Part shown: in pieces, positions 39,871 to 53,900 of the stretch
How positions within the stretch are numbered: the stretch's first letter is position 1
How the letters are laid out: the number at the start of each line of letters is the position of its first letter
From: Octopus sinensis
Taxonomy: Eukaryota
Assembly: GCF_006345805.1 (NCBI RefSeq)
Contig: NC_043001.1
Location: 70,990,001-71,054,000, forward strand
DNA length: 64,000 nucleotides
Reading direction: 5' to 3'
Made by a program: the position numbers and the translations under genes
The notes under the pieces: model-generated
What the model saw: the letters and a program-made list of their open reading frames with translations, nothing else
Database searches by the model: none
What the model was told of the DNA's origin: nothing

Positions 39871-41046
39871 ACGTAAGAAAAATAACACCGGTCGTCAAGC
39901 AGTTGGGAGCGAGTGTCAAACACACACTAAGACACGCATAGATGCGCGTACACACGCACTCACACATACATATGGTGAGCTGGTCGACTTTGCAGTTCAT
40001 CCTTTTGGAGTCGATGAATTAAAACCAGTTATGTATTGGAGTCGATTTTATCGACTGGCCCCTTCCCCCAAAATTTCAGGCCTTGTGCCTATAATAGAAA
40101 GGATATATATGTATGTGGGTTTTAGTATTGAGAGTGACAGAAAATGGAAGACAGAGAACGTTTAGTGCTCACTACAATTGTTTCGACCCATCAAGCATCG
40201 ATCCCCCACTGGTGGGATACTGAACAAGTGGTTTGGAAGTATTCGTCGGGGTAGATGTATCACTTCAGGTGATTATAAGTTGTATCCCGTTAAAATAACG
40301 TCTGTTTCGGCCGTTTTCTTGTCGGTATCTGTATATGAAAGCAACAAATTAAGTAATACAGCTTCATTATTATAGAAGATCAATAAAAGTAAGATGCGAA
40401 AGTAAACAAATACACAATACAGTGAAAAGCGTATTACATATACCCGTTAGCAGATATAGTTGTATAAATGCCCTCGTTTAGGTTGTATGGCGGGTACATT
40501 TTACTGAAGGTGTCCACTTTATATAATTTTAGGAGGTTTCAAATATTCGCGCTTTCAAATACTTCCATCGCCGCGTTGAAGGAGCCTTCACTGGTATTAT
40601 GCCATAAAAAGAGACGGGGGTGCTTTATGGATTTGTCTCTAAATTCCTGAAAGTGAAATCTAATCTACAATGTTCCCACCTAGAATCGTGCGATACGTGT
40701 ATGATTGGCGTTCAAAATAATTTTCAATTTATTTCATAGGATCAATGTGTTTTCATGATTACAGGTACAAAGTTAAATTTATAATCTAGATGAAGTAGAT
40801 ATAGCTTACTTAGTAAATATTCTTCTTTCTATTCATTCAAAGCAAGACCTAGAAATCTACAGACAATTGGTGTCTATGACAGTACATCATATTTTTTCTA
40901 GCTTCTTTTGTGCTCATTTATATACTCCAATACAACAAATATGTTTCTAATATTGTCTTCTGTATTGAGATATATAAACGCACTGAATAGAAGTACTATA
41001 TTTCTTTGTTTCGGTTTTGTCATTCACACACACCCTCACTCACACA

Positions 41047-41130
<84 letters not shown>

Positions 41131-41146
41131 GTGTATACATATGTAT

Positions 41147-41196
<50 letters not shown>

Positions 41197-41274
41197 TGAC
41201 ATTATACATTGTCTAAAATCGATAAACACTTATAAACATCAGTGTGTGTGTGGTGTGTGTGTGTGTGTGTGTGT

Positions 41275-41312
<38 letters not shown>

Positions 41313-43431
41313 TCCTATATGTTGTTCAGGATATCATAATCATAACATTAACTTATACATTAAAATATCTAATGAACTGTTTGCTTTATTATTTTGATAG
41401 GTTAGTATATTTTTGATTACCTTATATAAGGTTGTTGTACAAACATATTTTATCTCGGAAACGTTGAATACGTTAAATATAAGTGTAAACGGATTTATTT
41501 CAATCATCTCTGCTCTAATTAACTAAGCCCAGCTTGATAAAGTACTTCTGACACTAGAAAATTTATTATTTTCTGGTCTAATATAAGAACTGCAGTTCTT
41601 ATTGGCTTTTGATAGAAGGATTTGGTGTCTATAGCTGATAAAGAATGTCGACGTGGAAGCACGTGTTCTATAGTCTCTAACGAGAATATTTACTTCCCGA
41701 CCTCTTACAAAGGTATTCCAACCGTTTTAAATATAAGTCGGCATTAATTTATTCATCGTGGCTGAGTTCCTTTTGAATTAAAGTAATTTTAGGATGATAC
41801 TTTGCAGACGAAATTTGTTATAAGCTGTTTACATATAAGAAGCGCAGTCCTTAGTGGGTGCGGATTATGAAGGACAGCTTCGATGTATAACAATGTAGAA
41901 ACAGGAGTCCTCAGGAGTGATCATGTCGTTCATAACCTAACGGGATATGTTTTCTCAGGCATTCTGTCAGGGGATTTTTCCCCCGATACAGTTTCCGATG
42001 CCAAAATGTTACAATTTCTGATTGTACTCGAACTATCGATCGTATATGACCTGCTATATTACATTATATAATTATAGAATTAGTACATGGCATTTTATGA
42101 AAGAGCTGAAAGACAATATGACACCATTATCATATGTAATATCACACTTGATAACTTCGAATTTTGTCATCTGCAGTTTTATCGTCATGGGCAGTGAATA
42201 TGTCTATTATAGTTATATATAATATTGTTGTATTTCGGGAAATATTTTTATTTTTGACAAATAAACATTCGAACTATAGATTCGTTCTTCACTCGTTTAT
42301 TACTGTTAATCCATGTCCATTACCCGAAAATCTTTCGTCACACATCTGTGACCACTTCAGTGACACTTTACGTTCTCGTGTGGGCTCCTGCTCCGCTTAG
42401 TTCAGTCTGTGATATTTACGTTTATTTGTATGTACTAATATAAACGCTTCTTATGTATAACGCGATTGATTTATGTCAGAGACACAAGTCTTCAAACCAC
42501 GTCATAAAATTATCAAACGCGATGAGAAGTTTACCACAATTATTTTTATGAAGACAATACTATTATAAGACGGTTTTGAAAAGAATTATTTCAGTTTTAT
42601 GATAGTTTTCTTATGCAATGATTCACAAAATAAATCTGAACTTCAAATGGCTTTATTTTTTATTGACTCTTTACACATGGGCTTAGTTACTAATAAACCC
42701 TTTCTCACTCTCTACCTCTCTCGCTAAATATGATGGACGCAGTAGGGAAGTTTCGTTTAAACCCTGCGATGAGTTGAACCTCTATTTATAAAGAAATAAA
42801 GAGAGTAAAGGTACTAAAATGTTTGCGATATAATTTTATTATTCTCAAACGATAGATCAGATCAATTGATAGATATTCAAGCAATTCATTTATGTTTCAA
42901 ATCAAATATGAATACAAAAATATATCAACTAAGCACACTAGATATTTCACATTTCAATGATATTATTGATATCGAAAATAACACGTAAAATATTTAAAAA
43001 ATATTACACATCGATTATTGGAACCATGATCAATATATATCAATAAAAACTCAGATAAATTGTTATAAAATAAAGCCACTTATTTAATTTTACAACGACT
43101 GTGTTAGGATATTAATTTTACAAAGATTTCCACTTGCAGCCTTTTACTTTGATATCTGATTCTGATATAAAGTTTATAGTTTTTGTCACACTTGAGAAAT
43201 TCTGACGAAACCAATATTAATTTACTATATTCACACACACATACACACGCGCACACTCATGTACACACACGTAAACACACGCACGTACATACACACACAT
43301 AAACACCCCACACGCCAATACACATACATACACACGCACAGACACTTTCTCTCCCTCTCTCTTTCTCCCCCTCTCTTCTCTTTTCAAGATCAAATCTGAT
43401 CATTTACTTCCCTCTTTATACCGAATATATA

Positions 43432-44670
43432 CGAGGGGCGTTCAAAAAGTAATGCCCCTGACCCACTTGCAGCTGTTGGATCTAACTGAAATTTTGCATG
43501 TGCACTTACTTATACCTCTATAGATTAAGTGGCGAATTACAGCTCTGAACTAATTGTGGTTTCTTATTTACAGGTGTTTGAACTGAGTCAAGTGTGAAAT
43601 GGAGCCTGTTGAGTGTCGAGCAGTGATCAGGTTTTTGTATTTGAAAGGACGCACACCACGGGAGACTTTTGATGAAATGAAAGTAACTTATGGTGATGAT
43701 GCCCCATCATATGACCTTGTAAAACGCTGGCATTGTGAATTCAAACATAGTCGGAACTCTGTGGAAACAGCTCCCAGATCTGGTCGCCCCCTTCTGCCGT
43801 TGATGAGACGTATGTCCGTCAAGTTGAGGCTGCCATTTTGGAAGGTCAACGCATAACTATTCGCCAAATAGCCCATGAGATCAAGATTAGTACCGGGTCT
43901 GTGGAAACTATCGTTCATGACCATTTGCATATGCAAAAGGTGTCTGCCAGATGGATTTCCAGGTTGCTCACACCTTTCCAGAAGCAAGAACGCGTTGAGT
44001 GCTCGAGGGTGAATTTGGAGATGTGCCAAGAAGATGAGTCAAAATTTTTCAAAAGACTGATCACACAGGATAAAACCTGGGTCCATCACTATGATCCATA
44101 GACCAAAGCCCAGTCAATGCAGTGAAAGCACCGTGACTCACCTCCTCCAAAGAAGGCAAGGGTGCAGCCCTCCGCTGAAAAGGTCACAGTCTTCTGGGAC
44201 CAGGACGGAGTAGTGATGACAGATTTCCTGGCAAAGGGTACCACAATTACAGGAGCCTATTATGCTTCACTTTTGATGAAATTAAGAGAAGCTATCAAAA
44301 TCAAGAGGCGGGGCAAGATCAGCAAAGGCATCCTCCTCCTGCAGGACAACGCTCCGGTCCACAACTCGCGTGTCGCCAGATCAGAAGCACAGGCGTGCAG
44401 CTATGAACTCCTCCCCTTGCACCCTCTGATTTTCACCTCTTCCCAGCCATGAAGTTGATTTTGAAAGGAAAGCGTTTCCCAGATGATGCAGCCTTGAATT
44501 CTGAAGTCACGTCGTGGTTGGAGGACCAAGCTGGGCTCTTCTACAAAAACGGTCTCCAGAGCTGTATCAAACGATGGGACAAATGCATAACTCTGGGTAG
44601 TTCATATGTAGGAAAAGACTAATAACTGTGCCAAGTATCTTTGCTCTACTGCTATGGGAAATGGGTCAGA
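43432..44670 (+). mobile_element. Mariner transposon, same family as 13498-14788, right TIR lost
   Basis: Left TIR cgaggggcgttcaaaaagtaatgcc after TA; MEPVECRAVIRFLYLKG...; in-frame stops and a deletion across the YSPDLAP motif; ends in microsatellite. Confidence 0.95.
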
Positions 44671-44707
44671 CACAGACATGAACACACACACACACACATA
44701 CACATGA

Positions 44708-44768
<61 letters not shown>

Positions 44769-44829
44769 TATATATATATGTATATATATATATATGTGTG
44801 TGTATATATATATATATAGTCACTTTAAA

Positions 44830-45060
44830 TCTTTAAATAAACAATCATTTCAAGTAAACAAATAAAACGAACGGACAAAAAAGGACGTACACAAGGTTTG
44901 TATCAGCTTCACGCTCGGAGAAAAGAGAGAGTTTTGACGTTTCAAGCAAAGTTCTTCATCGGAAAGAAAAAAATGGGAAACGTTCAAACAAGGAAAAGAA
45001 ATAGCTAAAGACCACCACATATTTCCATATACCAAGACTCCAACGGAGTAGAAACTTACC
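44830..45060 (-). mobile_element. Probable PLE terminal-repeat remnant with decayed hammerhead
   Basis: Minus strand ttt-CCGATGA-agaactttgctt-GAAA-CG-TC-aaaa at 44932-44965. Confidence 0.4.
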
Positions 45061-45744
45061 CATATAGCCGTGTAGCGGGAACTAAACTGAAAATAACTAA
45101 GTAGCTAGACGAGCTTCTTCACAACATATTCTGACGTAGCCAACGTTTCACAAGTACTCTTCACATTCACGATGTTCAGTTTCCATCCCACTGCGTGGTA
45201 ACTTAGGTTCTTGTCCATAAACACTATTCAGCTAAAGCCCTGTGAGTAAAGATGAGCAGATAGAAACTGTAAGGAATCTCCTCAGTTGGACTGCACTGGA
45301 AATGCGATATTCCATTCATTACTCTCTGTGGAATACTCAGTAACTTACATGCCAATTCCATGTGCAGGTAGTAGTTTTGTTCAAATGAGCGAGAAAAATT
45401 TACAATACTATAGTTATTTACTGATAACTGTAGATTGACTAGACGATAAGCGGGTAACGCTTTTACTTGCTTCAGTCATTAGACAGCAGCCAAATTAGGG
45501 CACCGCTTTCAAAGTTTTAGTTGAACAAATCAAGCCCAGTATTTATTTTAAATTTGGTGCTCGTTCTATCGGTGTATTGCCCAACCACCGAATTTCAGAG
45601 ATATAAACCACTAGTTGTGAAACGGTAAAGGGACATCATGTATGTGTACATACATACACAAACACAAACACACATATACATATCTATGCATGGGATATGC
45701 ATGTGTGTGTCCGTATGTGTGTATGCGCATATTTATTTGTATGT

Positions 45745-45792
<48 letters not shown>

Positions 45793-45829
45793 TGTATATA
45801 TATATACACATGTATGTATCCCTAAACAG

Positions 45830-46540
45830 TGTTCTCCAAGATGTTCCACTACACACTACTGACGTACTTAATTCTTCCTGCTATCAAACATCACTCGTTC
45901 CAAAAATTTACAACTGCATGCCAGAAGAAATGGAAAAACGACTAATTTTATCTTTCAAAAATTCTGTCTTGTAATAAATGAAAAACTTCTTAATATTATA
46001 CCAGAGGAACTTAAAACGTACTTAAGCACAGATTCAGTGCCCTGCAATAATGAAGAGGAGGTTCAGAACTCTCTATCTGAATTCATAAGCTCACTTACTC
46101 CATCCGGTATGCCTCCTCATTGCCTCAAATTAAAAGTAGGGACTATTGTAATGCTGCTAAGAAATCTTTCGATCAGTCAAGGCTCATATAATGGAACTCG
46201 CAGGAAATTGCAACGCCTTCATGAACATTGTGTAGAGGCATCATTGGTAACAGGCTCCAATGGAGGTCGTACAGTTCTAAATCCCAGAAATAAATTTAGT
46301 CCAAGTGATGCAAATATTCCATTCAGACTAAACAGACTTCAGTTTCCACTTCGACTTGCATATTCAATGAAAATTAATAAGGCTCAAGGGCAAATATTTG
46401 AAAATGTTGCAATACATTTGCCTCGACCGGTATTTTCTCGTGGCCAAATTATATGTCGCATTTTCAAGAGCACGAGCTATGAACAATCTCATAGTAAGTG
46501 TTATGTCACTCTATCGGGATAACAGACAAGACCAAAAAAC
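45830..46540 (+). pseudogene. Helitron RepHel PIF1-like helicase C-terminal fragment
   Basis: PSGMPPHCLKLKVGTIVMLLRNL...NGTR; RLQFPLRLAYSMKINKAQGQ; PVFSRGQ. Confidence 0.88.
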
Positions 46541-46864
46541 GTGGTGTGGCACACAAAATATTGTCTAACATGAAGTACTGTGAGGAAGACCACTGCACCA
46601 GCTAGCATCACCACCACACCATCCGCTCCATCCTTACACATCCACATTACACCTTTAAGATCGGGGAACCAGTTAGACACCTGGATCTCTCTCGGCATAC
46701 CAGCAAACCAGAAAATCGTACCAGCGAGCATTACCACTACCTCCAAGCCCGTCATATATGTGTTTGTGTGTGTGTGTTTGTGTGTGTGTGTAAGTATACA
46801 TGTATGTATGTATGTACTATGTATTTCTGTGTGTTTGTGTCAGTGTTTTTATCCCACCACTACC

Positions 46865-47050
46865 ACCATTGCTTGACGACCGATGTTGGTGCGTTTGCGT
46901 CCCTGTAGTTTAGCTGTTTAGCAGAAGAGTCTGATAGAGTAAACACCAGACTTACAGGGAATAAGTCCAAGGTAAAATTATTTGACTAAAGAGTGGAGTC
47001 CCAGCATGGCCACCGTCAAATGACTGAAACAAATAAAAGAATAAAAGAAT
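46865..47050 (+). mobile_element. SINE 3' portion
   Basis: Homologous to 21912-22088; ends in aataaaagaataaaagaata. Confidence 0.65.
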
Positions 47051-47229
47051 ACCAGAAAAACGTTCCGTACCACTAAACCAAGAAGGTTCTTTGAATATGT
47101 ACGATGTAATTTAAGGTTAAATAGTAATTCCGTTTACGTTTGTGTAACTGAGATATTTTGGTTGGATTATATAGTCATTGATGTTACATTACTTTTTATA
47201 TTCTGAAAGTGTCACAATATACTTTTCTA

Positions 47230-47390
47230 GGCCTGAAATGTTTGGGGGGAGCTGCCAGTTGATTAGATCGACATCAGTATACAACTGGTACTTAATTTAT
47301 CGACCCCGAAAGGACGAAAGGCAAAATCGACCTCGGCAGAATTTGAACTCAGAATGTATTATGACCGAACTCAGACGGTCATAATATGCA
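47230..47390 (-). mobile_element. SINE fragment (family of 50916-51330)
   Basis: actggtacttaatttatcgaccccgaaagg...aatttgaactcagaa. Confidence 0.75.
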
Positions 47391-47488
47391 AACATCTCTC
47401 ATGGCACCAGTACACTGTTTACAGATGCATACATTCTTTATGTTTTCCGTGAATTTTTCTCGATTCCAGCTAATTGTTATTATTATTG

Positions 47489-47530
<42 letters not shown>

Positions 47531-47559
47531 TTAGGAGCCTTTAAGTGTGTTTATTATAA

Positions 47560-48600
47560 TTAGTATAACTGTGAAAAACCAAACGCTGCAAATGTTTTGT
47601 TTATGCAAATTTATTGTGGAGTGTGTAGCACTTATTTCAGTTCGATATATCCACAATTTGCTTTCTTTACCAATGTAATCCATTTACAAAATGACACGCA
47701 TGCCTTAACGATTTCTTCCTTTTTACTGAATGTTTGCTTGATCGAAGCCTTCAGTGAAGACACACACTTGTGAAATGGTGTGTTGGATATTGCTTCAACT
47801 GCACCCCATAGCTAAAAATTACATGAATTCAAATCTAGCGAGCTAGAGGACCAGAGACAAACATGGACAATTCCTCCTTCAAAAATTCTTGCACACTTGT
47901 CGAAGAATTAGTGGGCGTGAAGTCCTGTACAAATACGAGTCGACTCGCATCATAATGTTTCCTAATGCAAGGAAACAAAACCTCTAAGATTTTGAAATAC
48001 TCTGCCGTGTTGATTTAAAAACCCGCTTCATTAAAATGAGGAGGCGTCAATTTCCCGCCACAAAGACTAGAACAGAAGCTGGATTCTTGCTATACATACC
48101 AGAAGGAACTCGGGAAGTGTCGTATGTTGTCACTTATGAACTTTGATGGTTTGCATGAACTTCTATCATGAACTTTCTTTCATCAACAAAGATGCAGACG
48201 TTTCCGCCACGGTTTCCAGATGACTAAAAAATTTGGGACATCTTTTAGCTCGAACGGTTTTGGTGTCTCCGCACGTACGATTTCATATTGAAGTCTTGTC
48301 TCACAACACTAAAAACATTTACTTCGTTGATTCCTCGATTTTGAGTTAACTTCGCCATCGACTTTGATGGGTTCGTCTCAGTCGATCTTTTAAATCATGT
48401 TAAGAAGCAATACGTCACTACGGCAACTATTAGGCCTTCTCTAAATATCCTGAATTTTCTACAAATTGGCTACTGCTCTAACAACAGTAGATTTGGCTTA
48501 CTTTGTGACTTTAGCTATCTCCCCAACATTTTCGCCGGCGCGGAATAATTCGGCACTACGGTTTAATTCTTTATTAACATTCATAATATGTTATATCTGA
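47560..48600 (-). pseudogene. Tc1/maT-like transposase remnant
   Basis: LWSSSSLDLNSCNF*LWGAVE (WPPSSPDLNP.D..LWG-like); KINTAEYFKILE. Confidence 0.68.
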
Positions 48601-50915
48601 AAATAATATCGTACAAGTGATTATTCAAGCTGGTAATATTTAAAATTTAGACTCCAACAAAATCTATACAATTAGAAATATATCCATTTGGAACTCGTCC
48701 CAATGATCAACCGGGCTAGAGGAGAAAACACTTACCCAAGGTACCGCAGACTGGGACAGATCTCAGGGGTATGGATTACAGAGCGTGCTTCTTAACCACG
48801 CAAAAATTTATCTTTAAACCTCACTCAACTCTGATTGCACAGAGCTACATTCAAAAGCGCTCTACAACTGGAAATAACTATTTGGTTCAGGCACCATGTA
48901 CCTAGGATTACAACCGCAACTCTCATCAAAGATGTTGCAACGTTAGGCAGTAGTATTTCGAGGGTGTAATCTTCAGGTAGTAGTTTTTGACCTAAGGGAG
49001 ATCATATAGCAATCACTATATTTCAGATTCTGATCTAAGGGCTTGAAAATGTGTTCAATGGTATTTGAGGCAGCCATACATTTCCGTGCTGTATTTGCGG
49101 AGTAAATCATCGTAATTCGAGCACCAGAAATTTAATATTCATATATAATATTATACTCTTGAAATAACATTACACACACTTGTGGACAATTTAAAGTAGT
49201 TTTAGAATCTCTTTAACAACTAAGTATATTGTCATATATAATACAGTGTATCAATGTTTTCGTTTACTTTAAGATAATATAAAATAACAGAATACGATTA
49301 CGATTCAATCATTATCTACTCGATTTCTCATTGAGGATTTATACAAAAAGAAGGAATATCACTAAAATATCTTTATTCTGAATACAATGCTTCGCCACAT
49401 ATCACTCAAGTTTGAATGTATACAGTGGCATAACTTTGATTCTGCTTTTAGTAAAAGATTTGTTCAAGTAGGAAATGCACACAATATGAGTGAAACCCAT
49501 TAATGCTGTAATTGTAATGGTAAATATTGTATATTAATCTCATTTGTCCATCTAACTGTCAGTTAGTATATTTTTCTTTCATTTACTGCCCAAACCTCAT
49601 GTAGAAGCAGGCAGCGACACACACATACACACATACAAAACACACTTACAGAGAGAGATAATAACTGAGAGGGAAAGATAGAGCGAGATACAGACATATC
49701 TACTTGCGTAAAGAATGCATGCACACGATCGTACTTACATCCATAAACACATAAATACGTACATATAATCATAAATAAATTCATTCATACATACGTAGAT
49801 ACAATCATATATACATACACACTTGCATGTATACAATCGTATATACATACTTGCGCATCTATCTACCCACCTATATACATATATACATACATTCTATTAC
49901 ATTACATGCATGCATACATACATGCATTTTATTACAATACATGCATGCATGCATACATACATTCAGTAGTATCTATGTATGTATGTATGTATTATGTATT
50001 CTTGTATGTATCTATGTATGTATGTATGTATGTAGTTATCTTCCAGTTACGTGTTGCCGATTTTCAACGACCATTTCATTAACTGATTCTACCATTGAGG
50101 AATGGGAGTGCAAAATTTATCTTTATAGATTTTCTATTGAATACAGAGCCAGCACTGCATGTTACGACGATTCCTAAACGAATGTCTGTGTGAACAATGC
50201 TATCGATGATGGGAGAAATAGTTGGGGGGGACTATATCCATGTTTCATGAGTTATTTCTCTTTCATCAGCGCATTACATGCAACCCGTTAGCAATCTTCG
50301 TTCGTAGTGTAACACTACTGGACAGACCAATGTGCATAATACACATATTACTGATGTGTGTGTATATACACAAAATACTATGCTAGCAATTAAAGATAAA
50401 TATAAGCAATCATATGGAAATTGACTAGACAATAATTGGCGTCGACTGCTGTAGCTAGAGGTGGATGAAAGTGGCTTTAATAATGAAGAGATAGTTAGGG
50501 AAATCAGCGTTGCTAATGAATTCTTAAGCAAACAGTGAATGAAAGGGGGGAAATATTGTATAGAAGCATCGAAAGAAATAGAGTCAGAAAGAAAAGCAAA
50601 CAGACAGATAGAGAGACAGAATGAAAATAAGCAAGAAAGAAAGGAAGGAAGAAATAAAGGAAAAAAGAAATAAAGAATGAAGGTAGATACGTTATTTTCA
50701 CTTTACGTTGGTATCTATTTTATCGTTCTCAATTGAAGCTAAGTTATGGTGTCATACACAATACTTGTAGTAATATTTTTGCGTAGTGGATGACTGAGTT
50801 TATTCTGGCTTTGTTGCCGATGATCATACCATTATGGTGCCTAGCACCATCCCAGTAGAGGCAAATGTGACCTTCATTTCTTTTCATTTCTGCATATTGG
50901 GCTCACATGATTTCT

Positions 50916-51330
50916 TATTTCTTTATTGCCCACAAGGGGCTAAACATAGAGGGGACAAACAAGGACAGACAAAGGGATTAAGTCGATTATATCGACCCCA
51001 GTGCGTAACTGGTACTTAATTTATCGAGCCCGAAAGGATGAAAGGCAAAGTCGACCTCGGCGGAATTTGAACTCAGAACGTAACGGCAGTCGAAATACCT
51101 ATTTCTTTATTACCCACAAGGGGCTAAACACAGAGAGGACAAACAAGGACAGACAAATGGATTAAGTCGATTATATCGACCCCAGTGCGTAACTGGTACT
51201 TATTTAATCGACCCCGAAGGGATGAAAGGCAAAGTCGACCTCGGCGTAATTTGAACTCAGAACGTAGCGGCAGACGAAATACTCCTAAGCATTTCGCCCG
51301 GCGTGCTAACGTTTCTGCCGGCTCGCCGCC
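50916..51330 (-). mobile_element. tRNA-derived SINE with tandemly duplicated 184-bp 3' body
   Basis: Head ggcggcgagccggcagaaacgttagcacgccggg at 51330; body repeated at 50916-51099 and 51100-51283. Confidence 0.88.
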
Positions 51331-52069
51331 TAACCACTCACACGATTTCTGCCAAGCCTAACAGGCACCATTTCTTTTGGCAGGTTTATTACTATATTCT
51401 TTAAATTCTCAACACGCATAAAAAGTAAATTTTGCGTATCTCGAAGACGATATCATCATGCGTCTTAAATATTATTGGTAACGATCATTATCAGGGTTTT
51501 GTATTGTATTCCCAGCAGTAAGTTAATCCCTTCCACCCAGGTGGTTAACAATGGGAAGCAAGGTCAATGATTTTCTCGATCTCTACCTATTCTATACGTC
51601 AGTTTTTGTCCTACATGTCTATCATTACCTTTTCAGTGTGTGATAGGGAATATGTGGTAGCGTCCATCTCTTAAAGCATCCTTGTCCGTTTGATCTACTG
51701 ACAAATGGAGCTAACAGGGTATGAGATTAAAGTGAGTTCCTATTTACACGATACCGATCATTTTAATAAGATTTGTGATTAAGTTGTATTGCAGATCAAG
51801 TTGAATGAGTTGTTGTAATGGTTCTACTTTAAAATTTTCTTCTTCCTCTTTTTTAGCGATTCTTTAGTTCTTCCCTCTCCCTTTTCTTCCGCTTTGCTTC
51901 ATCTTTTTCAATTCTTTCTCTTCTTAATTTTACATGTTTTCTTCTGCTTCTCTTTTGTCTTCTTCTCTCGCTCTTTGTCTTTCGCTTATTCTCTAATATT
52001 ACTTCGCTTCTTCTTCTCACTCTACCGTCATTAATTTTCTTTATTTCTCTTTTTCTTCATTCTTCCTCT

Positions 52070-52113
52070 TCTTTCTCTTCTTTTCATTTTATTATTATTA
52101 TTATTATTATTAA

Positions 52114-52164
<51 letters not shown>

Positions 52165-52781
52165 TCGTCTGCTCTTCTCTTCCGTACACGCCTTCCTTTC
52201 CTTCTTCTCCTTCTTTTCTTCTCCTTCTCCACTTCTTCCCTTCCATTTCCATTTTCGTATCCATCTTTTATTCTGCTGGCAAATGTTGCAATTGCCTGAA
52301 ACAAGTATCCATATGTGTATTTCTAGAAATCAGTTGCCATCTACATCCAGCTATTCCACTACAGAATACAAACTGCACACTACATAGAAACTCTCCCATC
52401 CACGCAAGGAAACAGTTCTGCCAACACTACCGCGTCAGTATCAGCGCTATCTTCCGCTTCTTTGCGCGTAAGAAATATGTTTCAACGGAAGTGGACCTAC
52501 AAAAGCGATGGATTTCAATAACAGGGACCTACTATTGCTGGTAAATTCTTTTATTAGCGTTCTTTCTGTTATTATTATCATTATTATCGTTATCATAAAT
52601 CTTCACCGCTACTATTATCACCGTTACCACCACCACCACCACCATCATCATTATCATCATCCTCACCACCACCACCACCATCATCAACATCATCATCTAA
52701 ATATTGTTGAGGTTTTGTTATTGCTGCAGTAGTGCTTAGCGTTGTTATAGTTGTTACTGTTATAACAGCATCAACAACAGT

Positions 52782-52855
<74 letters not shown>

Positions 52856-53072
52856 CAGCAGCAGCAGCGGCAGTAGAAGAGGTGGTAGCAGTAGTAGAAG
52901 GAAAAGAGGGGGAGGAGAACAAGAGGATGAAGTGCAACAAGATTAGTAGTTTTATCAAAAGCTTATAATATGGACGTTGATAATGATGAAGATGGACAAA
53001 GTAATGATGATAAGTAGAAGAAGAAGAAGAAGAAGAGAAGAAGAAGAAGAAGAAGAAGAAGAAGAAGAAGAA
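52070..53072. repeat. Cluster of trinucleotide microsatellites (ATT)n, (CAC/CAT)n, (AGC)/(AGT)n, (AAG)n
   Basis: Directly visible. Confidence 0.95.
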
Positions 53073-53074
53073 CA

Positions 53075-53900
53075 TGCCAGGATACCACGCAGCAGCCGTT
53101 GACAGCAGGTAGATCGCCTGACCAGCGGAGCGCGTTCTTCTCACAAGAAGTGGAAGAGCATACGCTCCAACGTAAACGAACCTGGGCTGGGACAAGGCAA
53201 GACAGTCAAGTGGTAGTACTTGACGGACGTGATGTACTCGTTAGCTATTCTTATGGATCTTTCAGGGATACCTTCCTCACAGTCCATTTTTGGATGTGAA
53301 TAGTAACCCTACTCTTTACCTCGTCCCACCTTTTGTCCATCTGGTTGTCCAACGATGAGGTTGGATAGCATGAACTTACTTCTCTGGATGCCGAGCCGCA
53401 AGCCCACTGACTTTTCCTGGTTAATCTTCTCTCTTGACATTGCATAGTAGTCCCTGAGAGCGGTGCCGATCATTTCAGTTTGTTTATTTTCTGACACACG
53501 TAGATGTTGGAAATGCCGACACGCGTCTCCTGATCGCACGTCTCCAGCTTGTGTAAAAGTCATTTGAGAGTCGGTACGTACAACAGAGACGAGTGAAAGT
53601 AGCGGTGGCGGACCAATCACATGATGTTGAACAGTTCTGAGAAGTAACCATTCACTCTGACCACTGAACACATATCGCTGTGCATTTCAGCGATCAAGCC
53701 TCTGAATACAGACCTCATAGTCACCGAAAATGATTTGGAAGTCTCGTGAATCGGAAATGCTGATTTCGATAATGGCCACCACATCGATATTCTGTGCCCT
53801 GAGATCGTTGAGAAGATGACCCCGCTTCCAAGGCGGCCGCAGGCGACGTACACTCACGCTGCCTATTCTGAGAACAACAATGTTTTTGTAAAAAGAAAAG
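53075..53900 (-). mobile_element. Internally deleted Tx1/L1-clade LINE fragment
   Basis: APE start LRIGSVSVRRL...NIDVVAI joined to RT VFRGLIAEMHSDMCSVVRVNG...[14 protein letters not shown]; ends at VRRSTCCQ. Confidence 0.82.

Noticed and set aside
42070-42222. Short AT-rich ORF as a possible host exon
   Set aside because: No recognisable domain and no convincing donor site.
43782-43798. Programmed -1 frameshift in the mariner
   Set aside because: No X-XXY-YYZ slippery heptamer, and the two copies differ at the site.
50230-50275. Minus-strand CTGATGA-aagag..ctcat-GAAA
   Set aside because: No stem I pairing; likely chance.
52508-53195. Poly-His/Ala/Val/Thr ORFs
   Set aside because: Translations of trinucleotide microsatellites.
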